A model generated the notes under the pieces. The model was given only the letters and a program-made list of their open reading frames with translations, made no database searches and was not told the origin of the DNA. From positions 32,001 to 96,000 of the forward strand of contig JBDHZC010000006.1 in the NCBI GenBank assembly GCA_039811685.1: 64,000 nt of DNA, written 5' to 3'. This stretch comes from Armatimonadota bacterium (lineage in GTDB: Bacteria; Armatimonadota; UBA5829; DSUL01). The number at the start of each line of letters is the position of its first letter. Positions within the stretch are counted from its first letter, which is position 1. The position numbers were made by a program, and so were the translations under genes. This document shows positions 10,298-21,300 of the stretch, one piece after another.

Positions 10298-11482
10298 TTA
10301 TCCTCCTCCGTACGACGGGCCCCCATGCGGGGCGCCCTGAGGAGTTTCGATCATCTTTTTGAGTTCCTCAGGCGCCATCGCCCGGGTAATTGCATCGTCG
10401 TACGTAATGACCCCCTGCTGATACAGGTCTCTCAGGTGTTGATCCATCGTCTGCATTCCGAACTTTGCGCCGGTCTGAATGGCGGAGGGAATCTGGTGAG
10501 ACTTGGCCTCGCGAACAAGGTTTCTGATAGCGGGGGTGGCTATCATAATCTCCTGCGCGCAAACACGCCCGGGCATTCCGGCCCTGGGCAGAAGCTGCTG
10601 GCAGATGACGGCCTCCAGGTTGTTGGATAGCTGGAAGCGAATCTGCTCCTGCTGTCCGGGTGGAAACACGTCCACCATGCGGTCTACCGTCTGTGCGGCG
10701 CTGTTGGTGTGCAAAGTGGCAAAGACAAGGTGGCCAGTTTCCGCACAGGTGATGGCAATCTGGATGGTTTCAAGGTCGCGCATCTCACCCACCAGGATGA
10801 CGTCCGGGTCTTCGCGCAAAGACGCTCGCAGAGCGTTCTTGAACTCCCGGGTATCCATCCCAACTTCGCGCTGATTGATAATGCTGTATTTGTGCGTGTG
10901 CAGATACTCGATCGGGTCTTCGATGGTGATAATGTGCAGGCTGCTCTCGGTGTTGATGTGGCCGATCATAGCCGCCAGAGTCGTTGACTTTCCCGAGCCC
11001 GTAGGACCTGTAACCAGAACCAGGCCTCTCGGTTTACGCGTCAGCGTCTCCAGAACTTTTGGAAGTTGGAGGTCTTTGAGAGTGGGAATTTTGACGGGAA
11101 TTGTCCGGAAAGCCGCCGCCACCGCGCCCTTGTCCCGGAAGACGTTCAGCCGGAATCTGGAGAGGTCTTTGACCGAGTACGAGCAGTCCAGTTCCAGGTC
11201 TTCCTCAAAGCGGCGGATCTGCTCGTCGGTGAGAATGTCGTAGATAATTCTTTGCGATTCGGCAGCGGAGAGCTTGGTGAAGGCCAACGGCTTGAGCTGC
11301 CCGTCAATGCGCACAATTGGAGGGACACCTACGCAAAGGTGAAGGTCACTTGACCCAGCCTTGACCATCGCGCGCAGCAATTCATCTACATGGGTTTCCG
11401 CAATATCCTGAGAGTTTGGCAGACCGCTTCCACTGACGGCCTGCAGCATCTCCTCGCTGACTCCTCCGACTCCACCAGACAA
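10298..11482 (-). CDS. pilT: Type IV pilus retraction ATPase
   Basis: SDLHL, GPTGSGKST, TIEDPIE, LREDPDVILVGEMRD, AETGHLVFATLHT, AIRNLVRE motif, GMQTMD. Confidence 0.95.
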   Translation of the reverse strand: MSGGVGGVSEEMLQAVSGSGLPNSQDIAETHVDELLRAMVKAGSSDLHLCVGVPPIVRIDGQLKPLAFTKLSAAESQRIIYDILTDEQIRRFEEDLELDCSYSVKDLSRFRLNVFRDKGAVAAAFRTIPVKIPTLKDLQLPKVLETLTRKPRGLVLVTGPTGSGKSTTLAAMIGHINTESSLHIITIEDPIEYLHTHKYSIINQREVGMDTREFKNALRASLREDPDVILVGEMRDLETIQIAITCAETGHLVFATLHTNSAAQTVDRMVDVFPPGQQEQIRFQLSNNLEAVICQQLLPRAGMPGRVCAQEIMIATPAIRNLVREAKSHQIPSAIQTGAKFGMQTMDQHLRDLYQQGVITYDDAITRAMAPEELKKMIETPQGAPHGGPSYGGG

Positions 11483-11572
11483 ATTCGACGCTCCTTTTTT
11501 CTAAATCTGCCCTCTTGCGACCCTGTAGTCTGCTATGCCGCTCAACAGCCGCAAGGACATCCACTAACCCGC

Positions 11573-13411
11573 TCAGGCGCCGGCGGTAAAGACGACCCTC
11601 ATCACTTCTTCCGGCGTTGTAATTCCTTCCAGAACCTTGTAGAGACCGTCTTCTTTGAGCTCAAGCATTCCGTTTGCGCGCCCCGCATCGCGAACATCGC
11701 CCAGTGGCGCCCGCCGCACGATGAGCTCCTGAATCTCCTCGTTGATCTCCATCAGGGAATAGATGCCCAGTCGTCCTCTGAGTCCGCTTTGCCGGCAGTT
11801 CTCACAGCCCGCGCCACGCCACAGAGTGATAGTCTTGCGCCCCATCAGCTCTTCCGCCTTCTCAGGCCCAAGCACACGCTCCATCTCAGCCTTGTTCTCT
11901 GGCCGATATCCGAAGCGGTACAGATCCGAGACCTCTGCCTCATAAGGCTCGCGGCACTTCGGACAGATTTTTCGCGCCAATCTCTGGGCCAGGCAGGCGA
12001 TGAGTGTTGCGGAGATGAGGTAAGGCTCCACTCCCATATCCACAAGTCGGGTCACAGCAGAGGGCGCGTCGTTGGTGTGCAGAGTTGAGAGGACGAGGTG
12101 TCCGGTCAGAGAGGCCTCGACACCGATCTCCGCGGTCTCCAGGTCGCGCATCTCACCAACCATGATGATGTCCGGGTCCTGGCGCAGGAAAGAGCGAAGC
12201 GCGGAAGCGAAGGTTAGGCCCGCCTTCGTATGCACCTGCACCTGCGAGATTCCAGTAAGCTGATACTCAACAGGGTCTTCAATCGTGATGATATTCTTGT
12301 CGATCGAGTTGACTTTGTTGAGGATAGAGTAAAGCGTAGTGGTTTTTCCGGAACCTGTTGGCCCCGTTGTCAAAAACATTCCGTTTGGCTGGGAAACCAG
12401 CTCTTCGATGCGCGCCTGAACGCCCGGAAGAAAGCCCAGCTTGGCCAGTCCGATGAGAACGTTGGACTTGTCGAGAATTCGCATAACGATCTTCTCGCCA
12501 AAGATCGTGGGAAGGCAGCTCACGCGCAGATCGTAGTCTTTGTTCTCGGATCGGATCGGGATGGCGCCGTCCTGGGGAATGCGCCGCTCCGCGATGTTCA
12601 TGTTCGCCATGATCTTCAGGCGCGAAATGAGTGGAGCCTGAATATACTTGGGAACGGTCATCGTTTCGTGCAAAACGCCGTCCACCCGGTAGCGCACGCG
12701 AACACCGCGCCGGTCCGGTTCTACGTGGATGTCGGATGCGCCGTCCCTGATTGCCTGCAGGATCATCGAGTTCGCGATCTTGATGATCGGGGCTTCTTCA
12801 GCCTGCTTTGCGACGGCGTCCGTATCATCTTCCGCTGTCGCTACGTCCTGCTGCACGCCGTATTGAGCGATAAGGGACTTCATGTCCGAGCTACCGCTCA
12901 GGGTCGTCGCGCCGGGATTCTGGGCTGCCACGGGAAGGGTGTCCGTCCCGCCGGGGGCGCTGGCGCCGTCAGCGCCGCCACCGTACGCGCGTACGATGCC
13001 AGCCGCGACGTCGTCTGCGGTAGCGATGCTGGCTCGAATCTGCAGACCCCGGGCAGCCAGACGCACTTCGTCCAGAGCCATGATGTCGTCGGGGTCAGTC
13101 ATGGCAATCATCAACTGATTGCCCATCTTCGCAAACGGGACGATATTGTGCTTGCGGGCCACCCTTTCGGGCAGAACGTTCGCGGCGCTGGGGTCGATCT
13201 TGACTTTTGTCAGATCTACAAACTGCATCCCACGCTCCTCGGCGCGGGCTTCGGCTATCTGAGACTCACTGGCTATCTCCAGATCCAGCAGAATGCGCCC
13301 CAGATCACCGCGCGTAGCGCGCTGGGCTTCTCGAGCTTCTGACAACTGCTGCTGGGTGATTGCTCCTTTGCTCAGGAGAATCTCGCCAACGTCTTTCCGA
13401 GTCATTACCAT
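11573..13411 (-). CDS. pilB: Type IV pilus extension ATPase (GspE/PilB)
   Basis: N-terminal VGEILLSKGAIT (MshEN-like), ASDIH, GPTGSGKTT, RQDPD, tetracysteine CPKC...CENC. Confidence 0.95.
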   Translation of the reverse strand: MVMTRKDVGEILLSKGAITQQQLSEAREAQRATRGDLGRILLDLEIASESQIAEARAEERGMQFVDLTKVKIDPSAANVLPERVARKHNIVPFAKMGNQLMIAMTDPDDIMALDEVRLAARGLQIRASIATADDVAAGIVRAYGGGADGASAPGGTDTLPVAAQNPGATTLSGSSDMKSLIAQYGVQQDVATAEDDTDAVAKQAEEAPIIKIANSMILQAIRDGASDIHVEPDRRGVRVRYRVDGVLHETMTVPKYIQAPLISRLKIMANMNIAERRIPQDGAIPIRSENKDYDLRVSCLPTIFGEKIVMRILDKSNVLIGLAKLGFLPGVQARIEELVSQPNGMFLTTGPTGSGKTTTLYSILNKVNSIDKNIITIEDPVEYQLTGISQVQVHTKAGLTFASALRSFLRQDPDIIMVGEMRDLETAEIGVEASLTGHLVLSTLHTNDAPSAVTRLVDMGVEPYLISATLIACLAQRLARKICPKCREPYEAEVSDLYRFGYRPENKAEMERVLGPEKAEELMGRKTITLWRGAGCENCRQSGLRGRLGIYSLMEINEEIQELIVRRAPLGDVRDAGRANGMLELKEDGLYKVLEGITTPEEVMRVVFTAGA

Positions 13412-13508
13412 GGATGGTAGATTACCTCAATGTAAGCTGTAATTGGTAGGGGAGGGCTCAGGGAAGTCTCCCGCGGGGGAGTCGGGACTCACGGAACTTC
13501 CTCCCCGG

Positions 13509-13517
13509 ATTATACCA
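13509..13517 (-). promoter_or_regulatory. Extended -10 promoter upstream of pilB
   Basis: Minus strand reads TGGTATAAT (TGn + TATAAT) about 100 nt upstream of the pilB ATG; no clear -35. Confidence 0.55.
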
Positions 13518-13535
13518 TGCGCGCGGCGGCTGTCT

Positions 13536-14399
13536 CTAAAGCGTACCCTGCACCGCATTTTTCATAACGTCGAGTGGCGGCGCGATTCCCGTCCACAACT
13601 CAAACGATAGCGCCCCCTGATGCACCAGCATGTCAACACCGTTGAGCACCCGCGCGCCCTTCTCGCGCGCTTCGACCAGCAGCCGTGTCTGCGAAGGGTT
13701 GTAGATAAGGTCATAGACCACGTGATGACCGTCAATACAATCCGGCGGAAGGGGGCTTGAATCGGCCTTCGACCCCATCCCAACCGAAGTGCAGTTTACT
13801 ATCAAATCTGAATGCCTGACCGCATCTCTCAGATCATCCGGCTCCGTAGAGATTGCTGAGGGATGAGAACCCTGAACAATTCTGGCAATTTCCACGGCGA
13901 TCTTCTGCCCTTTCTCAAGCGTCCGGTTCGCTATGGTTATCTTTACTCCATGATCAGCCAGAGCGAAGCAGACCGCTCGCGCAGAGCCTCCAGCCCCAAG
14001 GACAAGCGCCCGGCGCGGAAGCCCCCCCTGAAACTCCTGGAGCGAACGCAGAAAGCCTTCCCCGTCCGTCGAATGACCCGCGAGCATATCGTTGTCCCAC
14101 CAGAGCGTATTGACAGCGCCTATACGCTGCGCTTCCGGGGACAGTCTGTCCACAAGCGCAACAGCCATCTCTTTTAGCGGGATGGTGAGGTTGACGCCTC
14201 CCATACCGAGCGCCCGCATGCCGGCGATCGCTTCCGGAAGCCGGCCTGGCTCAACTCTGAACGGGACGTAAACCGCGTCCAGCCCGAGTGCCCGGATGGC
14301 CGCGTTGTGCATGACCGGTGACCTGCTGTGATCGATGGGACAGCCAAAGACGGCCAGCACGACAGCTCTGCCGCTGATTTCACCCGGTGACCTATCCAT
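13536..14399 (-). CDS. aroE: Shikimate dehydrogenase
   Basis: PIDHSRSPVMHN, NLTIPLK, IGAVNT, STDG, LGAGGSAR, YDLIYNP, MLVHQG. Confidence 0.95.
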   Translation of the reverse strand: MDRSPGEISGRAVVLAVFGCPIDHSRSPVMHNAAIRALGLDAVYVPFRVEPGRLPEAIAGMRALGMGGVNLTIPLKEMAVALVDRLSPEAQRIGAVNTLWWDNDMLAGHSTDGEGFLRSLQEFQGGLPRRALVLGAGGSARAVCFALADHGVKITIANRTLEKGQKIAVEIARIVQGSHPSAISTEPDDLRDAVRHSDLIVNCTSVGMGSKADSSPLPPDCIDGHHVVYDLIYNPSQTRLLVEAREKGARVLNGVDMLVHQGALSFELWTGIAPPLDVMKNAVQGTL

Positions 14400-14556
14400 A
14401 GTGACGCTCCCCTCCTAACCTTTGTTCCGTATTAGGGGCGCTACAGTCAAAGACCTGCCTGTCAGTTTGGAGCTCACATCACCGTCTTTGTTCTGGTCGG
14501 CTTACGTGCGGGAGCGCTCTGGTTTCCTGCATAATAGGACGAAAGCAAACGCGACA

Positions 14557-15114
14557 ATGGGATTCGAAGCGACAAAACCAAGCAAAGACCGTTATTACAC
14601 CAATATCGCCGATTCTGTCGCGCAGCGCTGCACATGCCTGCGGCGCTGCTACGGCGCGGTGATCGTAAAAAGCGACCGGATTGTCTCGACAGGATTCAAC
14701 GGGGCTCCGCGCGGTGTGCAGGACTCCCTTGAGGCCGGCTGGTGCAGGCGCATCAGAATGGGCAACGGCGTTGACGGTCAGCGCAGCAACTACATGGCGT
14801 GCCGCGCCGTCCATGCGGAGATGAACGCGATTATCTCGGCGAGCACCGAAGAGATGGCTGGCGCAACGCTGTATGTCGCAGGGCGCAACAAGGAGCCGTT
14901 GATCGGCTTCGACAACCAGGGCTATCCTTTGAAAGAGTTGACTACAGCGTGGGAGGATCTGCCCTATGCGAAAGGCTCCCCCTGCCAACTGTGCGCCAGA
15001 ATGATTCTGAATGCGGGGATAGAGCGCGTGGTCTTCCGCGAGGTGGACGGATCGCTTTCGAGCGTCGATCCCAAAGAGTGGACTGTCAACACAGATATCC
15101 TTTTCTATGGCTAG
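14557..15114 (+). CDS. dCMP deaminase / ComEB-like zinc deaminase
   Basis: RCTCLRR, GAVIV, TGFNGAP, HAEMNA and PCQLC zinc motifs; ATG 14557 preferred over the TTG at 14422. Confidence 0.9.
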   Translation: MGFEATKPSKDRYYTNIADSVAQRCTCLRRCYGAVIVKSDRIVSTGFNGAPRGVQDSLEAGWCRRIRMGNGVDGQRSNYMACRAVHAEMNAIISASTEEMAGATLYVAGRNKEPLIGFDNQGYPLKELTTAWEDLPYAKGSPCQLCARMILNAGIERVVFREVDGSLSSVDPKEWTVNTDILFYG

Positions 15115-15156
15115 GTTTGCTGGCGTCTGGCGCTATGCTTTTGATGGATTGAAAAA

Positions 15157-15426
15157 ATGACTGATTTTACACAGCCTCACACATTTGACTCTCGCGCGCA
15201 GGGCTTCAAGGAGCTGCAGCAGTCCAACTTCAAGCTGTGGCAGTGGCTGGACAATGTGACTACAGTCTGGTGGGGACCAGGGCGTCAGCGCGTTGTCTCT
15301 CAAGAGAAGAAGGATGGCACGTTTCTTACTCAGGCGCTCCCGCCGCTGGACTGGCGCGACACAAGCAGCCATGTGGGTACAGTCGCGTCTCCAGGATCGG
15401 GCGATTCACTCATTGAGAAATCCTAA
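15157..15426 (+). CDS. Hypothetical protein (89 aa)
   Basis: ATG ORF 42 nt after the deaminase on the same strand; no motif recognised. Confidence 0.4.
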   Translation: MTDFTQPHTFDSRAQGFKELQQSNFKLWQWLDNVTTVWWGPGRQRVVSQEKKDGTFLTQALPPLDWRDTSSHVGTVASPGSGDSLIEKS

Positions 15427-15729
15427 GACGCACCAGACGCCGTAACCAGGTCCCGGGCAGCGCTCCTCCAGCGACTGCCGCACCGTAGCAGTCTGAGCTT
15501 AGGTCCGGCCTGCCGCTCGCTCTCCACACTGTATCCATACAAAGCCATGTGAAGAGCGAGTGTCCACTCAACTCTTTACACCTCAATGCCACTCTGTCTC
15601 TGATGTTTTTGACGGCTTTACCATGCGCTCGGCTACGTATTTTGCGCTTGAGCCACTCCTTCAAACTAACACCATCCGCGTTTGATCTACGATAGGCGAC
15701 AAGTGTTTTACAGGTCGTGGCAGGTGTTA

Positions 15730-15757
15730 TTGACAGCATGAGCAGTTCAGATATACT
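15730..15757 (+). promoter_or_regulatory. Sigma70-type promoter
   Basis: TTGACA-16 nt-TATACT upstream of the AGGAGGT RBS of 15795. Confidence 0.65.
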
Positions 15758-15794
15758 GCGAGTGAAAATATAGTACAGGAGGTATTCTTTCGTT

Positions 15795-16124
15795 ATGGCG
15801 ATTAACGATATCGACTTTTCTAAGTTGAGTGTAGATGAGTTGAACGAAGTCATCCGAAAAGCTCGCGAAGTCAAATCCAAGAAGTCAACTCCCAGCATTA
15901 AGATAAACGGCTATGTCATATCCGTCAGAAAGCATGTGGACTCGGCGCTGGAAGCTATCAAGAAGCTCTCTATCTCCGAAGGCGTCGCTCAGCGCAAGTG
16001 GGATGAAGTGGAAACGCAGCTTCGACGACTCCAACTGGACAGCTACCGTAGCGAGGCAGAGAAGGTAAAAATCACGCCGCGCACTCCCAGAGGCAGAGGA
16101 CGGCAGCGCGCAGCCAAGGGCTGA
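15795..16124 (+). CDS. Small basic protein, candidate nucleoid-associated protein
   Basis: Strong RBS and promoter; N-terminus IDFSKLSVDELNEVI; basic tail TPRTPRGRGRQR. Confidence 0.8.
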   Translation: MAINDIDFSKLSVDELNEVIRKAREVKSKKSTPSIKINGYVISVRKHVDSALEAIKKLSISEGVAQRKWDEVETQLRRLQLDSYRSEAEKVKITPRTPRGRGRQRAAKG

Positions 16125-16242
16125 AGCGATGTCGTTTGCCGGAAATTGCAGCACGCCTGGCTTTGCGTGTATATCAAAATGAGCGCCGCACTGCGTGCAA
16201 GACAGTGAAAGATGCGCGTAGCGCTGAGCGGTCTGTTGCTTT

Positions 16243-18063
16243 ATGAACTTAGTTGAGCTTCTCCAGGACAGAGTCATTGTGGCCGATGGAGCTATGGGCA
16301 CGTTGCTTTCCGCCCACGGCATTGCGGTCACCCACCCTTACGACTACGCCAACATCACTCACTCCTCACTTGTGACCTCCGTGCACGCTGAATATGTTGC
16401 GGCTGGCGCGGAACTGATCGAGACCAACACTTACGGCGCCAACCGGATCAAACTTGCCAACTACGAGCTTCACGTTCAGGTAAAGCAAATCAATGAGGCC
16501 GGCGTTCGAGCGGCCAGGGAAGCGTCAGCTGGCAGAGCGCTTGTGGCCGGCGCTGTCGGCCCCGTCGGCAAACCGCTTGCTCCGATCGGCATGATCGAGC
16601 CAGAGGATGCGCGCGCAGCGTTTCGAGAACAGATCCTTGCGCTGCTTGAGGCGGGCGTGGACGCATTGCTGCTGGAGACATTCGCGGACATTCACGAGCT
16701 GGAGATCGCTTTCGAAGTCGCTTCAGAGCTTGCGCAAGATGTCCCCGTCATCTGTCACAAGACGTTCATCGAAGACGGAGAGACACTGGCCGAAGGGCTG
16801 CCTCTTCGCGTGGCAGAGGAGCTGAAAGCCCGTGGGGCTTCTTTTATTGGCTCCAACTGCACGGTCGGCCCCCAGAGGATGCTTGGTATCGTCAGGCAGA
16901 TGGCGCAGGTCGAGGGTGTGGCTGTCGTCGCGATGCCCACGGCCGGCATGCCTCAGAATATTGACGGCCAGGTTATGTACGACATGCCCGCAGCCTACTT
17001 TGGGCGCTATGGCCGCAACCTGGCCGAAGCCGGGGCGCGGATTGTCGGTGGGTGTTGCGGAACGACTCCGGCTCACATCAAAGCTGTTGCGGATGCGCTT
17101 CGCGGCTTCAAGCCAGTCGCCATAGCCAGAACAGCGGCCGCTGTACGCGAACGGCCAAAAGAGCGCGAGGCTGTTGAGATTGACCAGCGATCAGCGTTTG
17201 CAAAGAAGCTGGGCAAAAAGTACGTTGTGTCAGTGGAGCTGGATTTGCCGCGCGGCACGGACATTTCCAAGGTTCTGCAGGGAGCTGAGGCGCTGCGCGA
17301 TCACGGGTGCGACTGCATCGACATTTCGGACGGGGCGAGGGCGCGACTGCGCATGAATCCGATGGTGGCGTCGCACATCATTCAGGAACGCGTCGGCATT
17401 GACGTGATGATGCATTTTTGCTGTCGTGACAGAAATATGCTGGCGATTCAGGCGGACTTGCTGGGCTGTCACGCGCTGGGCCTGCGCAACATCCTCACAA
17501 TCACCGGAGACCCCGCACAGATCGGAGACTACCCTTCAGCATCCTCCGTTTACGATGTGGACTCAGTGGGCATGGTGCGCATTCTGCGCATGTTCAATGA
17601 CGGACAGGATCTGGGCGGCAACTCCATCGGTGAAAAGACACATTTTCTGGTGGCCGTGGCCTTCAACCCACTGGCGCCAAATCTGGACGCAGAGCGCAGA
17701 CGACTGGGCAAAAAGGCGGAAGAGGGCGCGATGCTCATCTACACGCAGCCCATCTTTGAAGAGCGCATACTCGATATTGCGGTAGAAGCGGCGGCGGAGC
17801 ACAGTCTCCCGTTGCTGGTAGGGATTCTCCCTCTGCGCAGCAGCCGGCATGCGGAGTTTATGCAGAACGAGGTGCCGGGTATTGAAATCCCGGAAAACAT
17901 GCGGGCGGCCATAGCGGGGCTGGGTGAAGAGGACGCGCGAAACTACGGCATCGACCAGGCGCGCGAGTTTCTCATCAGGAGCAAGAGCAAGACGCAGGGA
18001 TGCTACCTGATGCCACCGTTTGGAAATTACAGGACCGCAGCGCAGGTCATGGAGGCGCTGTAG
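16243..18063 (+). CDS. yitJ: Bifunctional homocysteine S-methyltransferase / methylenetetrahydrofolate reductase
   Basis: DGAMGT, ETNTYGAN, NC and GGCCGT zinc ligands; C-terminal MTHFR (VELDLP, CRDRN, TGDP, TQP, NEVPG). Confidence 0.93.
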   Translation: MNLVELLQDRVIVADGAMGTLLSAHGIAVTHPYDYANITHSSLVTSVHAEYVAAGAELIETNTYGANRIKLANYELHVQVKQINEAGVRAAREASAGRALVAGAVGPVGKPLAPIGMIEPEDARAAFREQILALLEAGVDALLLETFADIHELEIAFEVASELAQDVPVICHKTFIEDGETLAEGLPLRVAEELKARGASFIGSNCTVGPQRMLGIVRQMAQVEGVAVVAMPTAGMPQNIDGQVMYDMPAAYFGRYGRNLAEAGARIVGGCCGTTPAHIKAVADALRGFKPVAIARTAAAVRERPKEREAVEIDQRSAFAKKLGKKYVVSVELDLPRGTDISKVLQGAEALRDHGCDCIDISDGARARLRMNPMVASHIIQERVGIDVMMHFCCRDRNMLAIQADLLGCHALGLRNILTITGDPAQIGDYPSASSVYDVDSVGMVRILRMFNDGQDLGGNSIGEKTHFLVAVAFNPLAPNLDAERRRLGKKAEEGAMLIYTQPIFEERILDIAVEAAAEHSLPLLVGILPLRSSRHAEFMQNEVPGIEIPENMRAAIAGLGEEDARNYGIDQAREFLIRSKSKTQGCYLMPPFGNYRTAAQVMEAL

Positions 18064-18327
18064 AGAGGCAGGGTGACAGCGTCATCCGGACTATCGTCTT
18101 CGTAGTTATCTGATTTTTTCGACTGAAAGACATCAAAAGCGCGGAACTGTGCGCGAGTTTTCAGCGTTGCCCGGTATCGAGTCCGGCTGACTGAGCGCAG
18201 CGAGGAATGTTCAGGGGCAGTCGGGCCCGCTGTGCCGCGCCAGAACCAGACACCAGCCGCATCCGCAAGACAACAGGGCGCGTGGCCTCTGTGGCTGGTC
18301 GTAGAGGAAGGTCTTCAGGTTTGTCCA

Positions 18328-21300
18328 ATGTCCATATCAACAATCTCAGATAAAACGCAGGAACTCAGGAACGAGCTGTCACGGCGAATTCTGGTGCTGG
18401 ATGGCGCCATGGGGACCTCACTGGAGCATATGCGTCCGAGTGCCGCAGACTTTGGAGGCGAGGAACTTGAAGGCTGTAACGAAGCGCTGAACATCAACGC
18501 TCCACAGTTCGTACAGGCCGTTCATCGCAGCTTTCTGGACGCAGGCTGTGATGTGCTCGAAACAAACAGCTTCAACGGCTCTGCGATTGTGCTGGCGGAG
18601 TACGGCCTTCAGGACAGGGTTATCGAAATCAACCGCCGCGCAGCAGAGCTTGCCTGCGAGGCTGCGGAGTCCATTTCAGACAAACGGCGGGTGTTTGTCG
18701 CTGGCGCGATCGGGCCTACCAACAAAGCGATTACGGTAACCGGTGGAACGACTTTTGACGCGCTGGTTGAGACTTTTCGTGAGCAGGCGACGGGTCTGAT
18801 TCTGGGTGGGGTGGACTATATTCTGCTGGAGACGCAACAGGATACTGTCAACGTCAAGGCAGCTCTGATCGGCGTTCAGCAAGCTATGAAGGATACCGGG
18901 CGGCCTTTGCCCATCGCCGTTTCAGCGACAATCGAGATGAACGGCACGATGCTGGCGGGGCAGAACGTGGAAGCGCTGTATTACACGCTGGCGGGACAGG
19001 ATCTGCTGTATCTCGGACTCAACTGCGCAACGGGGCCGGATCTTATGACCGACCACATCCGCACGCTCTCCCAGATTTCGCACTTCCCGGTCTCATGTGT
19101 GCCCAACGCCGGACTGCCCAACACTGACGGAGAGTATGACCAGACGGCTGACGACTTTCGAAGCGCCTTCAAAAGATTCGCATCAGAAGGCTTTGTGAAT
19201 GTCGTGGGGGGCTGCTGTGGCACGACGCCTGCCCACATTCAGGCTCTGGCAGAGGTGGCAGCGGAGTTTCCGCCGCGCAAGCCACAGCCGCAAGCACAGA
19301 GAGCTGCGCTGGCCGGCGCGGAGCCGCTTCTGCTCGACGATATCACCCGTCCCCTTTTTGTGGGCGAGCGCACTAACGTCATCGGAAGCCGAAAGTTCCG
19401 GCGGCTCATCAGCGAGGGCAAGTTTGAGGCAGCGGCAGAGATCGGCAAGGAACAGGTGCAAAAGGGCGCGCACATTGTAGATTTGTGCACGGCCGACCCG
19501 GACCGAAACGAGCAGGACGATCTGCTTGTCATCCTTCAGTCGCTCTTGCGAAAAGTGCGCGTGCCCGTGATGATTGACTCGACGGATGGGGAAGTCATCC
19601 ACGCCGCCCTCAAGCGTATAGGCGGAAAGCCTGTTATCAACTCGATCAATCTGGAAGACGGTGAAAAGCGCTTTGAGCAGATCTGTCCGCTGGCCCGGCG
19701 GTACGGCGCAGCGCTTGTCGTTGGTCTGATTGACGAAGACAAACAGGCGGGAATGGCCGTCACAGTGGAGCGCAAGCTGGAGATCGCCGAGCGTTCCTAC
19801 CGGCTCCTGACCGAAAAATACGACATCGCCCCCGGTGAGATCATCTTCGACCCGCTGGTGTTTCCGGCGGGCACGGGCGATCCCAACTACAAGGGCGCGG
19901 CGGAAGCGACCATTAAAGGCGTGCGCGCCATCAAGGAGCGATTCCCGGACGTCTTCACTGTGCTGGGTATCTCCAATGTGAGCTTCGGACTACCGGCGGC
20001 CGGGCGCGAGGTGCTGAACTCCGTTTTCCTCTACGAGAACACCCAGGCCGGACTTGATATGGCTATTGTCAACACGGCTGGCATCCGGCGCTACGCGCAA
20101 CTCAGCGAAGATGAAATCCGGCTTTCGATGGACCTTCTGTACGAGCGCACAGAAGATCCGATTGCTGCATTTGCGGAGTTCTTCCGTGAAGCCAGAGAAA
20201 CAGCGCGTGAAGACGAGCTGGCGCATATGAGCGCTGAGGAGCGAATTTCCCGGTGTGTGCTGGACGGGACTCGCGACGGTCTGGAGGGTTTTCTCGACGA
20301 AGCGCTGACACGGGCGACGCCGCTGGAGATTATCAACGGCCCACTGATGGCCGGGATGGACGAAGTTGGGCGGCTTTTTGGAGACAATAAGCTCATTGTC
20401 GCAGAAGTGCTGGAGTCGGCTGAGGCGATGAAGGCTGCCGTGGACTACCTGAAGCAGTTTCTCGATAGCGCTGAATCAGCCGCCACCAAAGGCAAGATGC
20501 TGCTTGCGACTGTCAAGGGCGACGTGCACGACATCGGCAAGAATCTTGTAGATATGATCCTGTCCAACAACGGCTATGAGATTGTGAATCTCGGGATCAA
20601 AGTGCCGCCGGAGACTCTGATCGAGGCTGTGCACCAGCATAAGCCCGATATTATTGGGCTGTCAGGCCTGCTGGTGAGAAGCGCGCAGCAGATGGTAGTG
20701 ACGGCGCAGGACTTCACGGCGGCGGGCGTGGACGTGCCGCTCATCGTCGGCGGGGCCGCTCTCACGAAAAAGTTTACGATGACGCGCATTTCTGATGCGT
20801 ACGGCGCCCCGACTTTTTACGCTGGAGAAGCGATGGAAGGCTTGCAGTACGCCAACAGACTGGTGGATGAAGCTGAGCGTCCCAAGCTGTTAGAGACTCT
20901 GGCAAAAGAGCGGGCGGCTGTTACAGAAACAGCTCCACCGCCGCCGCCGGAGCCTGTCGCCATCGAGAGGCCGGAGTGGAACGCTGTTGAAATCCCTCAG
21001 CCACCGGATATGGAAGAACACGTCCTGCACGGCATTCCTATCGAAGAAGTAACACCACTATTGAACCGGATTATGGTCTTCGGCAAACATCTCGGCCTGA
21101 AGACACCCATTCGCAGGCTGGAAGATGAGACGGACGTGAAGGCGCAGGAGCTCAAGGATCACGTGGACAGAGTGATACAGGAAGCGCATACGCGGGGAAT
21201 GCTGCGTCCACGCGCGGTGTGGCGATGGCTACCGGCGGAAAGTGAAGGGGATATAATCCGCCTGAGAGACCCTGACAGCGGGGATACCCTGGTTGAGTGG

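Noticed and set aside
15435..15475. Minus-strand GAGGAGCGCTGC...ACGGCG resembling part of an SAH riboswitch
   Set aside because: It lacks the CAGGCUC element and there is no gene directly downstream on that strand.
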